From a virus (lineage: Duplodnaviria; Caudoviricetes), in the IMG/VR virus record IMGVR_UViG_3300025000_000096, positions 649-64,648 of that record: 64,000 nt of DNA. One strand, 5' to 3'. The position numbers and the translations under genes are program-made. Each line of letters starts with the position of its first letter. Position 1 is the stretch's first letter. Below the pieces are notes generated by a model. That model searched no databases. It was not told where the DNA came from and saw only the letters and a list, made by a program, of their open reading frames with translations. Of the stretch, positions 1 through 9,261 are shown piece after piece.

Positions 1-15
1 AGGGTTAGCAAAGCC

Positions 16-237
16 GTGAAAACCAAACACAAAGGGTACACAATTACCGTGGACAGGTCGGCCTCCCAAGCAGGGTACTCCATGCTCTACTGGTCAATCT
101 TTAGAGACAGTGACGATCTTGAATGCGCCAGCGGATTCGAGGACAGTGCAGAAACTGTAAGATCACTAACTGGCCTTCTGAAGCAGCGGGTAGATTCTGA
201 AGTGCAAGAGCCTGTTCCTTTTGGTGAGGAAATGTGA
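16..237 (+). CDS. hypothetical phage protein
   Basis: 73-aa ORF, first of a chain of coupled + strand ORFs. Confidence 0.6.
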   Translation: MKTKHKGYTITVDRSASQAGYSMLYWSIFRDSDDLECASGFEDSAETVRSLTGLLKQRVDSEVQEPVPFGEEM

Positions 238-476
238 TGGCCGACAACAAGGAGCTATTCGCAGCGCTGGGGGTGAGCGCACCTGTGTCGTGCCCACGAT
301 GCAAAGCTACCCCAGTTGTAATCTGGCTATCCATTGGTAAATGGGCAGTTGTCTGCGGCAAATGCCTGGAGCAGACTGGCTCGGATCGGTTCTACGAATT
401 GGGCCAATTTAGAGAAGCAACGGTGCAAGCATGGAACAGCAAACAGGAAACAAAGGAGAGACTATGGACATCGTAG
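234..476 (+). CDS. Lar (restriction alleviation)-like zinc-ribbon protein
   Basis: CPRC...VVCGKC...EATVQAWN pattern resembles the Lar family (CxxC..CxxC..A...WN). Confidence 0.5.
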   Translation: MMADNKELFAALGVSAPVSCPRCKATPVVIWLSIGKWAVVCGKCLEQTGSDRFYELGQFREATVQAWNSKQETKERLWTS

Positions 477-736
477 AAGATTTTAAGCGGGCAGTTGTGT
501 TGTCTGAACTGGCAAATGTGCCATTAACTTTGACAATGACTCAGGCAAAGGCGTTGTCGGATAGGATTTCCGTACTTGAGGCGTATAGCAGGCTTACTCT
601 GGCGCAGTATCATAGGTACCTGGCAGAGATGCAGTTCTGGCGAGACGCATGCGCTGCGCACATTGGTCGATCCGAGCTTTCAGCGTTGCTGAGTGAGTCT
701 ATGAGAATTGGCGAGGAGGCTGCAAATGAGTGCTGA
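464..736 (+). CDS. hypothetical protein
   Basis: ATG at 464 preceded by AAGGAG; overlaps upstream stop. Confidence 0.55.
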   Translation: MDIVEDFKRAVVLSELANVPLTLTMTQAKALSDRISVLEAYSRLTLAQYHRYLAEMQFWRDACAAHIGRSELSALLSESMRIGEEAANEC

Positions 737-853
737 CAGAAAGAATGAACTGTTCCTTCTGGCAAAGGATAAAGAGGCGGCCTGTGCAAAAGAGTCCGAT
801 TTGGGAGACGCTGCCTACGATATTTTAAAAACTGCTGTGTTTGAGGAGGACTT

Positions 854-1204
854 ATGAGGCTTGCAACCGTTTCTGAAGAGCTGATCAACCGGCTGGTGCA
901 TAGGGTAGAGACCCTTACAAGTCAGGATGTGTTTGAGCAAGCTGGAACACAAAGCCTGCTTGCAGATGTAAAATCAGAGCTCGAAAGTCAGCAAGATTAT
1001 ATGCTTATCCGGTCCGACCACTCAGATGTGTGGTACATCATCCCAGACACAGATGAGGATAAATTTGATTTATGGGTCCGGGCGTGTGAGTCTGACAACC
1101 CCCGAATGTTTGATTCGTTAAACGGATGGTCGCCAGAGGCCATTTCCAAGGTTTCAGACATCCACTTCACTTCCTGGTATGACGAAACAGACCCTTTTAG
1201 TTAA
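854..1204 (+). CDS. hypothetical protein
   Basis: 116-aa ORF with GAGGAG RBS. Confidence 0.6.
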   Translation: MRLATVSEELINRLVHRVETLTSQDVFEQAGTQSLLADVKSELESQQDYMLIRSDHSDVWYIIPDTDEDKFDLWVRACESDNPRMFDSLNGWSPEAISKVSDIHFTSWYDETDPFS

Positions 1205-1459
1205 TTGGAGGTTACTTTGATTTACGTAGCTGTTCAAACATGCGAAAAGACTGATCCTGAAAATCCTGGATTTAAAATCACCCAGCTGGCCTTTAATGCA
1301 GAGGACGACCAGTCAGCCATTCAAAAAGTGCTTGAGGATTGGGTAGTACCGACAACTTACCTCATCCACCGATTAGAGATTGTTGATGGTGTTCTTGAAA
1401 AGCTGGTTGGTGTGGCAAAGGTTGTTGATGGGAATGTGCAAGTGGTGACGTATGACTGA
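1205..1459 (+). CDS. hypothetical protein
   Basis: 84-aa ORF; true start possibly TTG at 1217 after GGAGG. Confidence 0.55.
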   Translation: MEVTLIYVAVQTCEKTDPENPGFKITQLAFNAEDDQSAIQKVLEDWVVPTTYLIHRLEIVDGVLEKLVGVAKVVDGNVQVVTYD

Positions 1460-1473
1460 GAAGGAGAGAGCAT

Positions 1474-2091
1474 ATGGCAAAGATTAAGACGGTTTATGGG
1501 CACGATGGAACAAAGAATGTCCAATTGACCATGCAGTACTCTGCAAGAGAGGAGGTCTTCTCTGTTGTGCTGCCAAGTTATGTAGCAGATGCTATTGGAA
1601 TTTCCGAAGTTGAGGAGGGTACACAGAGCAGTTGCGAAGCGGAGCTGAAGAAGGCGTTTGACCTCTATGTAAAGGCCAACCGGCAAGTGAGGAAGGTTAT
1701 TGTTACAGAGCTGAAAACCAACCCTAGTGGTGACCGCTGGAAGAACAAAGTGTCCCACTTTGATCCCGTTGTTGGCCTGACTTTTTCCGCTGGCGTGTTT
1801 GAAGAAACCACCTACTTGTCCGAGGGAAAAACAACCGTCCGGCACGTACTTTTGGAAAGCAGGATACCCGACTCGTATGAGCTTCGCAGCTACGATTCTC
1901 GGTACTCTGGAAAGCGGGTTATCCCCTACACAGAAGATGCAGAGTTGGGAATCTGTGCCTTGATTGCTGCTATAGAGGCTGCAGCTAAGAAGTTGGAGAA
2001 CCTGTTTAGCGGAACGGATGCCAGCGTTGCTAATATTTTGGAGGCTGCAGCCACACAAAGCCTCCAACTACCTTCTGGACTTGGGGAATGA
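1474..2091 (+). CDS. hypothetical protein
   Basis: 205-aa ORF with AAGGAG RBS. Confidence 0.7.
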   Translation: MAKIKTVYGHDGTKNVQLTMQYSAREEVFSVVLPSYVADAIGISEVEEGTQSSCEAELKKAFDLYVKANRQVRKVIVTELKTNPSGDRWKNKVSHFDPVVGLTFSAGVFEETTYLSEGKTTVRHVLLESRIPDSYELRSYDSRYSGKRVIPYTEDAELGICALIAAIEAAAKKLENLFSGTDASVANILEAAATQSLQLPSGLGE

Positions 2092-2300
2092 AAGCCGAAG
2101 CTAAGTGTTTGTTCGATGGTGCTACTGGTGACTGCAGCATGTGCGGTACAAGCGTAACCCTTGAATGGGGTGATAGGCCCTTTTGCAGGCATCAGGGCAA
2201 TGACTACGATGATTCTTTTAAGGTGGTGGCCACCTTCAATGTTTGGAACATAGAATGCCCAATATGTGGGAGTACAATAGAGTGCTCTATCCCAAGGTAG
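2088..2300 (+). CDS. small zinc-binding protein
   Basis: CSMC and CPIC motifs; ATGA overlap with upstream gene. Confidence 0.55.
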   Translation: MKAEAKCLFDGATGDCSMCGTSVTLEWGDRPFCRHQGNDYDDSFKVVATFNVWNIECPICGSTIECSIPR

Positions 2301-2307
2301 ATCCATA

Positions 2308-2481
2308 ATGCCAACAGTAGTTGTGTCCATTTGCTGCTCCTCTTGCACAGAAAAGTACTTCGGGCTTCTCCAATTTCGCCCCACTGGCTGGGTTGTTAGG
2401 GCGGAAGATTACCCCGGCCAAGAGGAAAGATACCTGTGTCCTATTTGTGTAAGACACGCCCCACCAACGAGCAATAGGTAA
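2308..2481 (+). CDS. small zinc-finger protein (57 aa, below ORF-track cutoff)
   Basis: Translated by hand: MPTVVVSICCSSC...GW...YLCPIC; ends just before terminator. Confidence 0.5.
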   Translation: MPTVVVSICCSSCTEKYFGLLQFRPTGWVVRAEDYPGQEERYLCPICVRHAPPTSNR

Positions 2482-2484
2482 ATA

Positions 2485-2520
2485 AAAAGACCCTGGAGTT
2501 TTCCAGGGTCTCTTCTTTTA
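2485..2520. terminator. bidirectional intrinsic terminator
   Basis: AAAAA-GACCCTGGA-gttt-TCCAGGGTC-TCTTCTTTT between convergent gene blocks. Confidence 0.8.
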
Positions 2521-2544
2521 TATTGGCCGAACGTCTAAGTTGCC

Positions 2545-2754
2545 TTAAATGGATGATATGCTCAGTATGAACCGGGCAGTATACTCAATTTCTAAGTTGT
2601 CAGCCTGGTCAGAATCAAATGAGAAGGAAACTACGTGCTTGGTGATGTCCACTACTTGCCCATCCGGGCCAACAACCTCGAATCTGTACCCAAACTTATT
2701 GGGGATGCTGGTAGTCCTTATGGCGTTTACAATTACTGGTCTTGGCCGGGCCAT
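2545..2754 (-). CDS. hypothetical protein
   Basis: ATG at 2754 after GGAGG; last gene of the minus-strand block. Confidence 0.5.
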   Translation of the reverse strand: MARPRPVIVNAIRTTSIPNKFGYRFEVVGPDGQVVDITKHVVSFSFDSDQADNLEIEYTARFILSISSI

Positions 2755-3086
2755 AAATCCCCCAAACCTGCAAATAGGTTGTACACCCACCGGCTCAGCC
2801 TTGCCCAATTCGTGTCCGAGTAGGCATCAATCAGCGCTGACTGAAGAGTTTTGTAGTAGCTGCCGTAAACACGGAAATGGGTGGCGGGTTCAGCGTCCCA
2901 TTCAATCGTTATCGTAGAACACCCAGGTATGACAATTTCCGTTTCCCAGGGCCATTCCCCATCAGTGTGAAACTCTTGAAAGGCGGCTGGGAGAACCTTT
3001 GTTCGAGCAGCGAATATGGCCTCCGCTTCTTCCTCCCGCTTGTTTAGCGCAGCTGCCACCAAAGCATCAACTTCTTTTGTAGACAT
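2733..3086 (-). CDS. hypothetical protein
   Basis: 117-aa ORF in minus-strand operon. Confidence 0.55.
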   Translation of the reverse strand: MSTKEVDALVAAALNKREEEAEAIFAARTKVLPAAFQEFHTDGEWPWETEIVIPGCSTITIEWDAEPATHFRVYGSYYKTLQSALIDAYSDTNWARLSRWVYNLFAGLGDLWPGQDQ

Positions 3087-3092
3087 GCTTAA

Positions 3093-3410
3093 TCACTCAA
3101 TCGAGTACGTTGCTGAGCAGCCGTTGCAATGAGCCTTTTTCCCGTCTGCACTTTTCCGAAAGACGTTGGAGCCACAGTCGCAGCGAAAAGAATCCTTTGA
3201 TCCGCCAACGCGGAACATGGTATCCTTTTCAACCCAAACAGTGTCATCTATAAGGCCCGTGCCTTCTGCAAACTCCAGAAACAGGGCAGCATCCTGCAGC
3301 CACTTGTCTATTTTCCCCTGGGCGCTGGCCGGGATGTCTGCCTTAATCTCTTCGAAGGCCGCTTTAAACTCCCGGATAAGATTATAGGATTCCTGAAAAA
3401 CGTTGCTCAT
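3093..3410 (-). CDS. zinc-ribbon protein
   Basis: C-terminal FRCDCGSNVFRK...CNGCSATY. Confidence 0.6.
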   Translation of the reverse strand: MSNVFQESYNLIREFKAAFEEIKADIPASAQGKIDKWLQDAALFLEFAEGTGLIDDTVWVEKDTMFRVGGSKDSFRCDCGSNVFRKSADGKKAHCNGCSATYSIE

Positions 3411-4099
3411 AAATTCTCCTTTATGTATAACCGAGCAGGAACGTCAGAACTATCAATTCTGCACCAGTCCTGTTCATACTGAGACAGGCCCACCATGATT
3501 GAGGATCGAGCAGACTTGCTCGTTGCATAGTGCATTTTACCGAGGGCCTCAACCACCTCTGCAACTGAACAGCCAAGATGGTCGGACACATACCCTCGAA
3601 CAAGCGCCATCGTCTCTTTATATTTTGTGAAATATCCGCCTTTGGACGACCCCGCAGAGACCAGGTCTTTGTGCTCTTGGCGCAGCATACTTTTGTACAG
3701 CTTCGACGTTCTTTCGTGCTCGGGCATAAAAGGGGCAGCCAGCATTTCACGGACTCCGAATGAACCCACTTCCAATATGCCAACTTTTGCATAGTCCTTG
3801 GCAACCCCCTTCACGAATTGCTTAAGGCTGATCTGGGAAGGCTTGCCAGTCTGGAACATTGGAACGGCTACGGATCTGTAATGGACCGGCCAGCTGTACG
3901 CTTGGTGCATAACGAGCAGGCTTGCTGCAGTTTTGCACTCAATGATCCACAAACGATCATCCTTCACAGCAGCAATGTCTGCTCGGGTATTAGCTGCGGA
4001 GAAGACAACTTCAGAGTATACGTCCCATCCCAACGCTTCTAAATAAGTGACCACCTTACCGGCCAGCTCTGTCTCGTCTTTAAATCCTCTATGAGCCAT
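3407..4099 (-). CDS. PD-(D/E)XK-family nuclease (DUF2161-like)
   Basis: E..L..GWDVYSEV...RADIAAV...IIECK motif; ATG at 4099 overlaps upstream stop. Confidence 0.65.
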   Translation of the reverse strand: MAHRGFKDETELAGKVVTYLEALGWDVYSEVVFSAANTRADIAAVKDDRLWIIECKTAASLLVMHQAYSWPVHYRSVAVPMFQTGKPSQISLKQFVKGVAKDYAKVGILEVGSFGVREMLAAPFMPEHERTSKLYKSMLRQEHKDLVSAGSSKGGYFTKYKETMALVRGYVSDHLGCSVAEVVEALGKMHYATSKSARSSIMVGLSQYEQDWCRIDSSDVPARLYIKENL

Positions 4100-4371
4100 T
4101 ATTGCATCCGAGAAAGCACAATGTAGATGATGAACGTGACAGCAATCACAGAGGCTGCTAAGGCCGCAATCGCCACCCAAATGATAGTCTTCCCAAAAGT
4201 GGCAATATCATCCGGTGTGTAGTATGCCTTTGGGTAGACAGGTGCATGCCTCTCAGAAGACTTTCCACCAGCTTTTGGGTTGAACTCTACAGTGATCTCT
4301 TTCCCATCCAGAGTGGACTCTGGTAGGTAGTTTGCTGGGCGCATGTCTATACCATGGTTGTTAGGGTGCAT
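4099..4371 (-). CDS. small membrane protein
   Basis: C-terminal hydrophobic helix. Confidence 0.5.
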   Translation of the reverse strand: MHPNNHGIDMRPANYLPESTLDGKEITVEFNPKAGGKSSERHAPVYPKAYYTPDDIATFGKTIIWVAIAALAASVIAVTFIIYIVLSRMQ

Positions 4372-4514
4372 GCGTGACCGCCGAATAAACAAGGACTATG
4401 ACAGCAGCAACTAAAGTGCTTGCAAGAAGCAAGACCAATACTGCAGCCCACTTCTCAGCGTTTCGCAAAAACTTGCTCGTTTCCTTGGACATGCCCATGT
4501 CAGCATCTGGATGA

Positions 4515-5018
4515 TCAAACATATGCGTAGAATCCTTCACCGGCAGAGTAATAGATTCCGGCCTCTTCAAGCGCCTCAACTTGTGCAACTGTCAGCTTGT
4601 GCAGGTCCTCTTCTTCATCCGTTGAGGGACCAGTTGGTGCGAACCAAACATGGTCGTGCTCGGCAGATGAGATCATAACTGAGCCCCATGCAAAGCGGAG
4701 AATTGTTAAGGCAGCTACCAGGTCGAGAGTCTCTGCAGGTTTCTCAATTTCAAGCATAAAGCCCTTTGAAAACCCGCCCTTAGCCTCGTGCTTTTCCATC
4801 TGTTTGCGGAGTACGGCCTCCAGGTCTACAAGCCTACCAAGAGTGCCCATAACTTCGGCCACATCGCACAACTCTTCCGCAGCACCAGTCTGCAGATACT
4901 CGACAGCCTCTTCCACCAGCTTTTCCCGAAGAGCCAGCACAAGCTCCTCACCAGACACTTGAGAATATTTCCCATCAGGGTACAATGAGGGGACCAGGTC
5001 TCTTACAAGTTTGTTCAT
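4515..5018 (-). CDS. MazG-like / PRA-PH nucleotide pyrophosphohydrolase with C-terminal extension
   Basis: MNKLVRD..P...KLVEEAVEY...EELCDVAEV...KGGF signature. Confidence 0.8.
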   Translation of the reverse strand: MNKLVRDLVPSLYPDGKYSQVSGEELVLALREKLVEEAVEYLQTGAAEELCDVAEVMGTLGRLVDLEAVLRKQMEKHEAKGGFSKGFMLEIEKPAETLDLVAALTILRFAWGSVMISSAEHDHVWFAPTGPSTDEEEDLHKLTVAQVEALEEAGIYYSAGEGFYAYV

Positions 5019-5019
5019 A

Positions 5020-5364
5020 TCAGCTCCTTAAAATAAGATCCATAATTTTGTCAATTGATTGCTTGGCATGGGCCACAAACTCGTATCGGGAAGGCTTTTT
5101 TGCCAGCCACACCCTGCGAACAGTAGCCTCAAAAAACTCGTAAACCACCTCCAGCTTTACCTCTTTTGGCAGGGTTGCAGAGTACGGCCCCCCTACGGGC
5201 TCCTCTACCAGCCACTGAACATATGCTGTCTTATTGCGGTCATAGAAAACAACACTCGTGGTTTTGGTTGTTTCTGTGTACGTGGTTTCTTGAAAGACCA
5301 CAAATAGGTCCGGGCGCTCGCCTGCAAGCGCTTCCAAAAGTTCGTTGGAGTAGTAGAATGGCAT
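5020..5364 (-). CDS. hypothetical protein
   Basis: ATG at 5364 after AGGAG. Confidence 0.55.
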   Translation of the reverse strand: MPFYYSNELLEALAGERPDLFVVFQETTYTETTKTTSVVFYDRNKTAYVQWLVEEPVGGPYSATLPKEVKLEVVYEFFEATVRRVWLAKKPSRYEFVAHAKQSIDKIMDLILRS

Positions 5365-5366
5365 AC

Positions 5367-5753
5367 CTACTCCTGGCCCTCTTCTATATAGTTCAACGGA
5401 TTGTACCCGCTTAGGGTGACTGAGCCCTCCGTGCTGTACGTTGCAATTCCACCTTTGCACAACGCAAACGCAATAGCCTCTGGCGTGCTCACATCCAGAC
5501 GAGTAACATCCTCCTCCTCGAATGTGCCAGAAACTTCAGAGAACTTGCCAAGGACCTCTCCAAAGTACAGCTGCTTGCCAATGGCCGCTTGCACATCCTC
5601 TTCATTGGCCAGGAACAGGCCATCTAATCGGCCATATCGAGTATTCCAAAGGAACTTGTACAGCTGCCGCCCCTGCGGCAGCGTGACAGCCTTGCTAAAA
5701 ATTGGAGAGAACATTTCTCCTATGCGCTGCTCAGCGTACAATGATACACTCAT
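5367..5753 (-). CDS. conserved phage hypothetical protein
   Basis: G.LDGLF.A....V..AIGK.LYFGEVLGK.SEV..GYNP motif recalled from other phages. Confidence 0.65.
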   Translation of the reverse strand: MSVSLYAEQRIGEMFSPIFSKAVTLPQGRQLYKFLWNTRYGRLDGLFLANEEDVQAAIGKQLYFGEVLGKFSEVSGTFEEEDVTRLDVSTPEAIAFALCKGGIATYSTEGSVTLSGYNPLNYIEEGQE

Positions 5754-5907
5754 TTGACCCTCCCAACATATGGTTTACAAAGTGGACATTTTAGCTTGCT
5801 GGTTGGGTACATCCAACCGTTGCAAAACTTGCACTGGACAGCTCCGGGCGGATTATCCGGTGGCCTACCAGCAGTTATCCCGTTCCCGAGCACTATCGTT
5901 GGCCCGC

Positions 5908-6189
5908 TCATTTCACCACCTGCATCTTTGCCCGGTCATGGTTCTTTTTAATAGCGTTCAGCCAGAAAGGGTCACTGTTTGGATCAGAAATCCAAGTCAT
6001 CTGAAAACCTCCAGGGTACTTTTCTCGAAGCCTGTCCATGTGCCACTGACCACCAGAGTAGCCAATGTCCCACATAGCCCATTCAAGGGAAGAAGACAGG
6101 TGGTGGCCCATGCACTCACCATCTTCTGTGTCCAAGGAGAAGACTTCGAATCCACCAGGACCTGGAAAAGCGGCGCAAAGGATAGTCAT
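5908..6189 (-). CDS. hypothetical protein
   Basis: 93-aa ORF coupled to upstream gene. Confidence 0.55.
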   Translation of the reverse strand: MTILCAAFPGPGGFEVFSLDTEDGECMGHHLSSSLEWAMWDIGYSGGQWHMDRLREKYPGGFQMTWISDPNSDPFWLNAIKKNHDRAKMQVVK

Positions 6190-6422
6190 GCCTGCCTCCG
6201 GGCTTTAAGTTGAGCATCTAACAGGATGAGAAAACCGAATGGAATTGATAAGAACCACAAAGCTCCAATAATTAAGCTGGCTGCTTGGGCTGCACGCAGG
6301 GTTGAGTCATTCATGGTTGAGGATGGGATTATTTGCATGAGCCGAGAATACACGAAGTGGCAAGAATAGACGGCAATCATTCCGTATCCGCCAACAAGAA
6401 TTGATAATAGTCCAAGATCCAT
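6186..6422 (-). CDS. small two-TM membrane protein
   Basis: Two hydrophobic segments; GGAG RBS. Confidence 0.55.
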   Translation of the reverse strand: MDLGLLSILVGGYGMIAVYSCHFVYSRLMQIIPSSTMNDSTLRAAQAASLIIGALWFLSIPFGFLILLDAQLKARRQA

Positions 6423-6431
6423 ATAGTGCTC

Positions 6432-6881
6432 CTAAAAGTAGCAAACAGTTACATTATCCGGCAGAGTGCTGGACAGCGCCTTCTCAATCTCTGCCCGGTT
6501 GGAAATCCTACCGCCATACCCTATCCCTGGAAAGTTCATACGAATGCTGACCGTTGGAAATTCATCAGCATAAACGGCCAATAGGACAGCGGACAGACGG
6601 ATCAGCATCATCTCTGCCTTGTCCCGCCAATCATATTTTACCTGAAAAAGTCCAATGGGATAATTTGGAAGGGTCGCAAACCCATATGCTCTGTTGTTCA
6701 ACCGCTGAGTGCGCAAAGCAACAACCTTACCAGCTTCTGCAGCCAGGCCATGATACTTGTCAGCCGCCTGCTTAGCCGCCCCAACACCCATGATTAGACC
6801 GTGCTTGCCAACTGTCCCATTCGTTGTTACAACCCATAAGTCGGCCTTTTTCCAAAGGTCCTCTTCTCTAATCTGGCACAT
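6432..6881 (-). CDS. macrodomain (ADP-ribose binding/hydrolase-like) protein
   Basis: VVTTNG...LIMGVGAAKQAA..Y...FQVKYDWR...FPGIGYGG, a phage macro-domain pattern. Confidence 0.75.
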   Translation of the reverse strand: MCQIREEDLWKKADLWVVTTNGTVGKHGLIMGVGAAKQAADKYHGLAAEAGKVVALRTQRLNNRAYGFATLPNYPIGLFQVKYDWRDKAEMMLIRLSAVLLAVYADEFPTVSIRMNFPGIGYGGRISNRAEIEKALSSTLPDNVTVCYF

Positions 6882-7245
6882 ATCTGATTAGGAAGGCTCT
6901 GTATACTGCACATGCAAAAAAGAAAGAATCGTCAACATCCATGCTCATGTGGTGGCGTACTTCCTTAAGAAGCTTATCTGGGAGGTCTACCATGGAATGA
7001 TGGTTCTGATCTTCCAGCTCTCCGGCTACGTAAGACATAATTGAGGAGTACCCAATTGTTTTGTGAAAGGCTTCAAGGCTGCTGTCATCCAGGGTTATGA
7101 TCGTTGGAACAGGCTGTGGATCGGCCACTGCGCATACCCCACAGGAAAAGCTATAATCCTCATAGATCTCTTTGTCTGGTATTTCTCCAGAGATAAGATT
7201 CCCAGAGCCTTTATGCTTGTGGCAGAAAACGTATTTCAAAAGCAT
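6868..7245 (-). CDS. hypothetical protein
   Basis: 125-aa ORF with GGAGG RBS. Confidence 0.55.
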   Translation of the reverse strand: MLLKYVFCHKHKGSGNLISGEIPDKEIYEDYSFSCGVCAVADPQPVPTIITLDDSSLEAFHKTIGYSSIMSYVAGELEDQNHHSMVDLPDKLLKEVRHHMSMDVDDSFFFACAVYRAFLIRYVPD

Positions 7246-7530
7246 GCTAAACCTCCTTCTTTATTGTTACAACCAGTAAGTCAGCCCTCTGCCGCAAAGT
7301 GGCACATTACTTCTGCACTCGCTTGCTTATGAAAGCCTCAGCCGCCTTGATTGCGTCCCCTTCGGCAAGGGCATTTCCACAATGGCGGATGCCATCTGCG
7401 TCATCTGCCCACCAGGAATAGATAACCTGACGGCACTCAATGTTTGACGTGATCGCCGCAACCACTACGCCATTGGCGTAGCACTCCAAAAGATTAACTC
7501 CGTTAGAACTCCAAAAAGGCATAAGACCTC

Positions 7531-7776
7531 CTAGATCCCTATTCGAGCAGATATGACGGCCAATGCACAACAGGCAAGTTCAATAACCCTAAAATAGCCC
7601 TTGTTGTACCAATCAAACCAGTACAAGCTCATAACAGGGGCTCCGGCGCCTATAAAGGAAATAGCTGCACCAGAAAGTCCAGCAGACAGCAAAAGCAGGC
7701 CGGTTACAAATTTACCGAGGAAGAAAAAGGCCGAAGCCGTGATCAGCAAGAGAAAGAAGAAAATTGTTTCAATCAT
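7531..7776 (-). CDS. small membrane protein
   Basis: Strongly hydrophobic 81-aa ORF. Confidence 0.5.
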   Translation of the reverse strand: MIETIFFFLLLITASAFFFLGKFVTGLLLLSAGLSGAAISFIGAGAPVMSLYWFDWYNKGYFRVIELACCALAVISARIGI

Positions 7777-7933
7777 ATCGAGAACACTCCTGAGTATTCT
7801 ACATGCAGGAAACCTGCAGTATCTTTGTGGGCTGCTGTTGCAAGATCCGTTGCCTCAGATTTTGAAGTGGCAAAAACAAAAATGTAAAAGTCTTCTGTTA
7901 CTGTCCTGACTATGAATCTATACTTTCTGAGCA

Positions 7934-8167
7934 TTAGTTTCTCCGGGCACGCTCATTTGGGAACGTGCTGTCAAGCAAAGCGATCTCTGGGTAAGAGTAC
8001 CAGGAAACAACACCTTTGACGCCGCAAATGCACAGCATGATAAAGTCCTTTGTAGCGTCTCCGTTGCGGCAGTTCTCATCTTGAAAAACCACCCACTCCT
8101 GGCGCAGGCACCTCGGGCACTTGTACATTTCTGATATTCCCTGTTTTATCTTCTCAACGTCTACCAT
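7934..8167 (-). CDS. small Cys-rich protein, near-leaderless
   Basis: ATG 7 nt below the -10 box of the promoter at 8175-8204; CPRC and CIC motifs. Confidence 0.55.
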   Translation of the reverse strand: MVDVEKIKQGISEMYKCPRCLRQEWVVFQDENCRNGDATKDFIMLCICGVKGVVSWYSYPEIALLDSTFPNERARRN

Positions 8168-8174
8168 GCTGTAT

Positions 8175-8204
8175 ATTATACCACATAACTCTACAGATAT
8201 GCAA
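8175..8204 (-). promoter_or_regulatory. sigma70-type promoter
   Basis: TTGCAT-N18-TATAAT with TGTGG before -10. Confidence 0.7.
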
Positions 8205-8297
8205 TGGGCAATTTTTTAAGCGTGTAACTCTACGAAAAAGAGCCAACATACACACACTTGTACATTGGCTCCTTTCCTATTTGTAGATTCCGTAGAG

Positions 8298-8567
8298 TTA
8301 GTACGGCTTGCGCTTTTCGCCCTCTAAGTACCCTGCATTGAAGTTGTCGAGGGCAGTTTCGAGGATTGGTGAGCTTCCGTACAGTGTTTCACCATCTTCG
8401 ACCTGCCAATAATTGTCCTCTGCGTGGAAACGAACAATTGCGGATGGGTGTTGGTGAACAGCTGATCCGCTGCACCGAGGACAGACTCTTTCCTTGTTGC
8501 TGGCAAACAAGGTTAGGCAATGCAGTGCCCGGCACTGATAAACGTTACGCTTTGTAGTGTTTGTCAT
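8298..8567 (-). CDS. zinc-ribbon protein
   Basis: YQC...C..F....CPRC. Confidence 0.55.
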   Translation of the reverse strand: MTNTTKRNVYQCRALHCLTLFASNKERVCPRCSGSAVHQHPSAIVRFHAEDNYWQVEDGETLYGSSPILETALDNFNAGYLEGEKRKPY

Positions 8568-8902
8568 CTTGAATCTCCGCTACCTGAAAGTACTCCTCGC
8601 TCTTTTCGACTCTGGAGTTTGTGAAGGTTACTTTGAGCAATAGCGCTCAGGTCCAAGCCTAGCTCAGTCGCCAAGTTGGCAGCATACCAGAGAACATCGC
8701 CAATCTCCTCTGAAAGGGCTGCCTTTGACTTATCCAGGACATCGGCGTACTCTTCTGGAGGAGAGTCCCTAAGAATCTTCTTGATCTTCCCAGCAACCTC
8801 CCCCGCCTCAGACGCCAGGCCGAGAGTTAGATAAACTATGGCTATCTCGTCCGGGTAGATGGCTGTGTCATACGCCTTTGTTTGGTACTGTGCAAATTCC
8901 AT
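8564..8902 (-). CDS. mazG: MazG-like nucleoside triphosphate pyrophosphohydrolase
   Basis: YQ..A..TA.YP...LGLASEAGEVAGKIKK.LRD...EEIGDVLWY...N..KL..RKERG.LSGSGD. Confidence 0.9.
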   Translation of the reverse strand: MEFAQYQTKAYDTAIYPDEIAIVYLTLGLASEAGEVAGKIKKILRDSPPEEYADVLDKSKAALSEEIGDVLWYAANLATELGLDLSAIAQSNLHKLQSRKERGVLSGSGDSR

Positions 8903-9261
8903 CAGAACAACCGACCAGTGGGTTTTTGCCCCTTCTTTTGCATGTTCTGGTGCTGCACAATTTCTGGATACTCGTAGTCGTCATCCATGGGTCTTGACCG
9001 GCCACCCGTAGCTGTTGGACGGGCTTTTGGCTTTGTGGGTAGGAACGAGCCAATACCACTCCCCATCCGCTTTGTATGGGAGATAGCTGTATCAGACGGC
9101 TCGGCAAATGTGACCAGGATCAGCACTAACAAAATTCCAGCCGCAACTTTCTGCCAAGAAAATACATCAAAGGCAGTCGGATCGGAGAGGCCAAGAGCAT
9201 AGATTGCAATGGCCAGGATTGTGTCGAGGACAAAGTCCTTCCAACGGGATAAAATGATCAT
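8902..9261 (-). CDS. two-TM membrane protein
   Basis: Two N-terminal hydrophobic helices, charged tail. Confidence 0.55.
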   Translation of the reverse strand: MIILSRWKDFVLDTILAIAIYALGLSDPTAFDVFSWQKVAAGILLVLILVTFAEPSDTAISHTKRMGSGIGSFLPTKPKARPTATGGRSRPMDDDYEYPEIVQHQNMQKKGQKPTGRLF

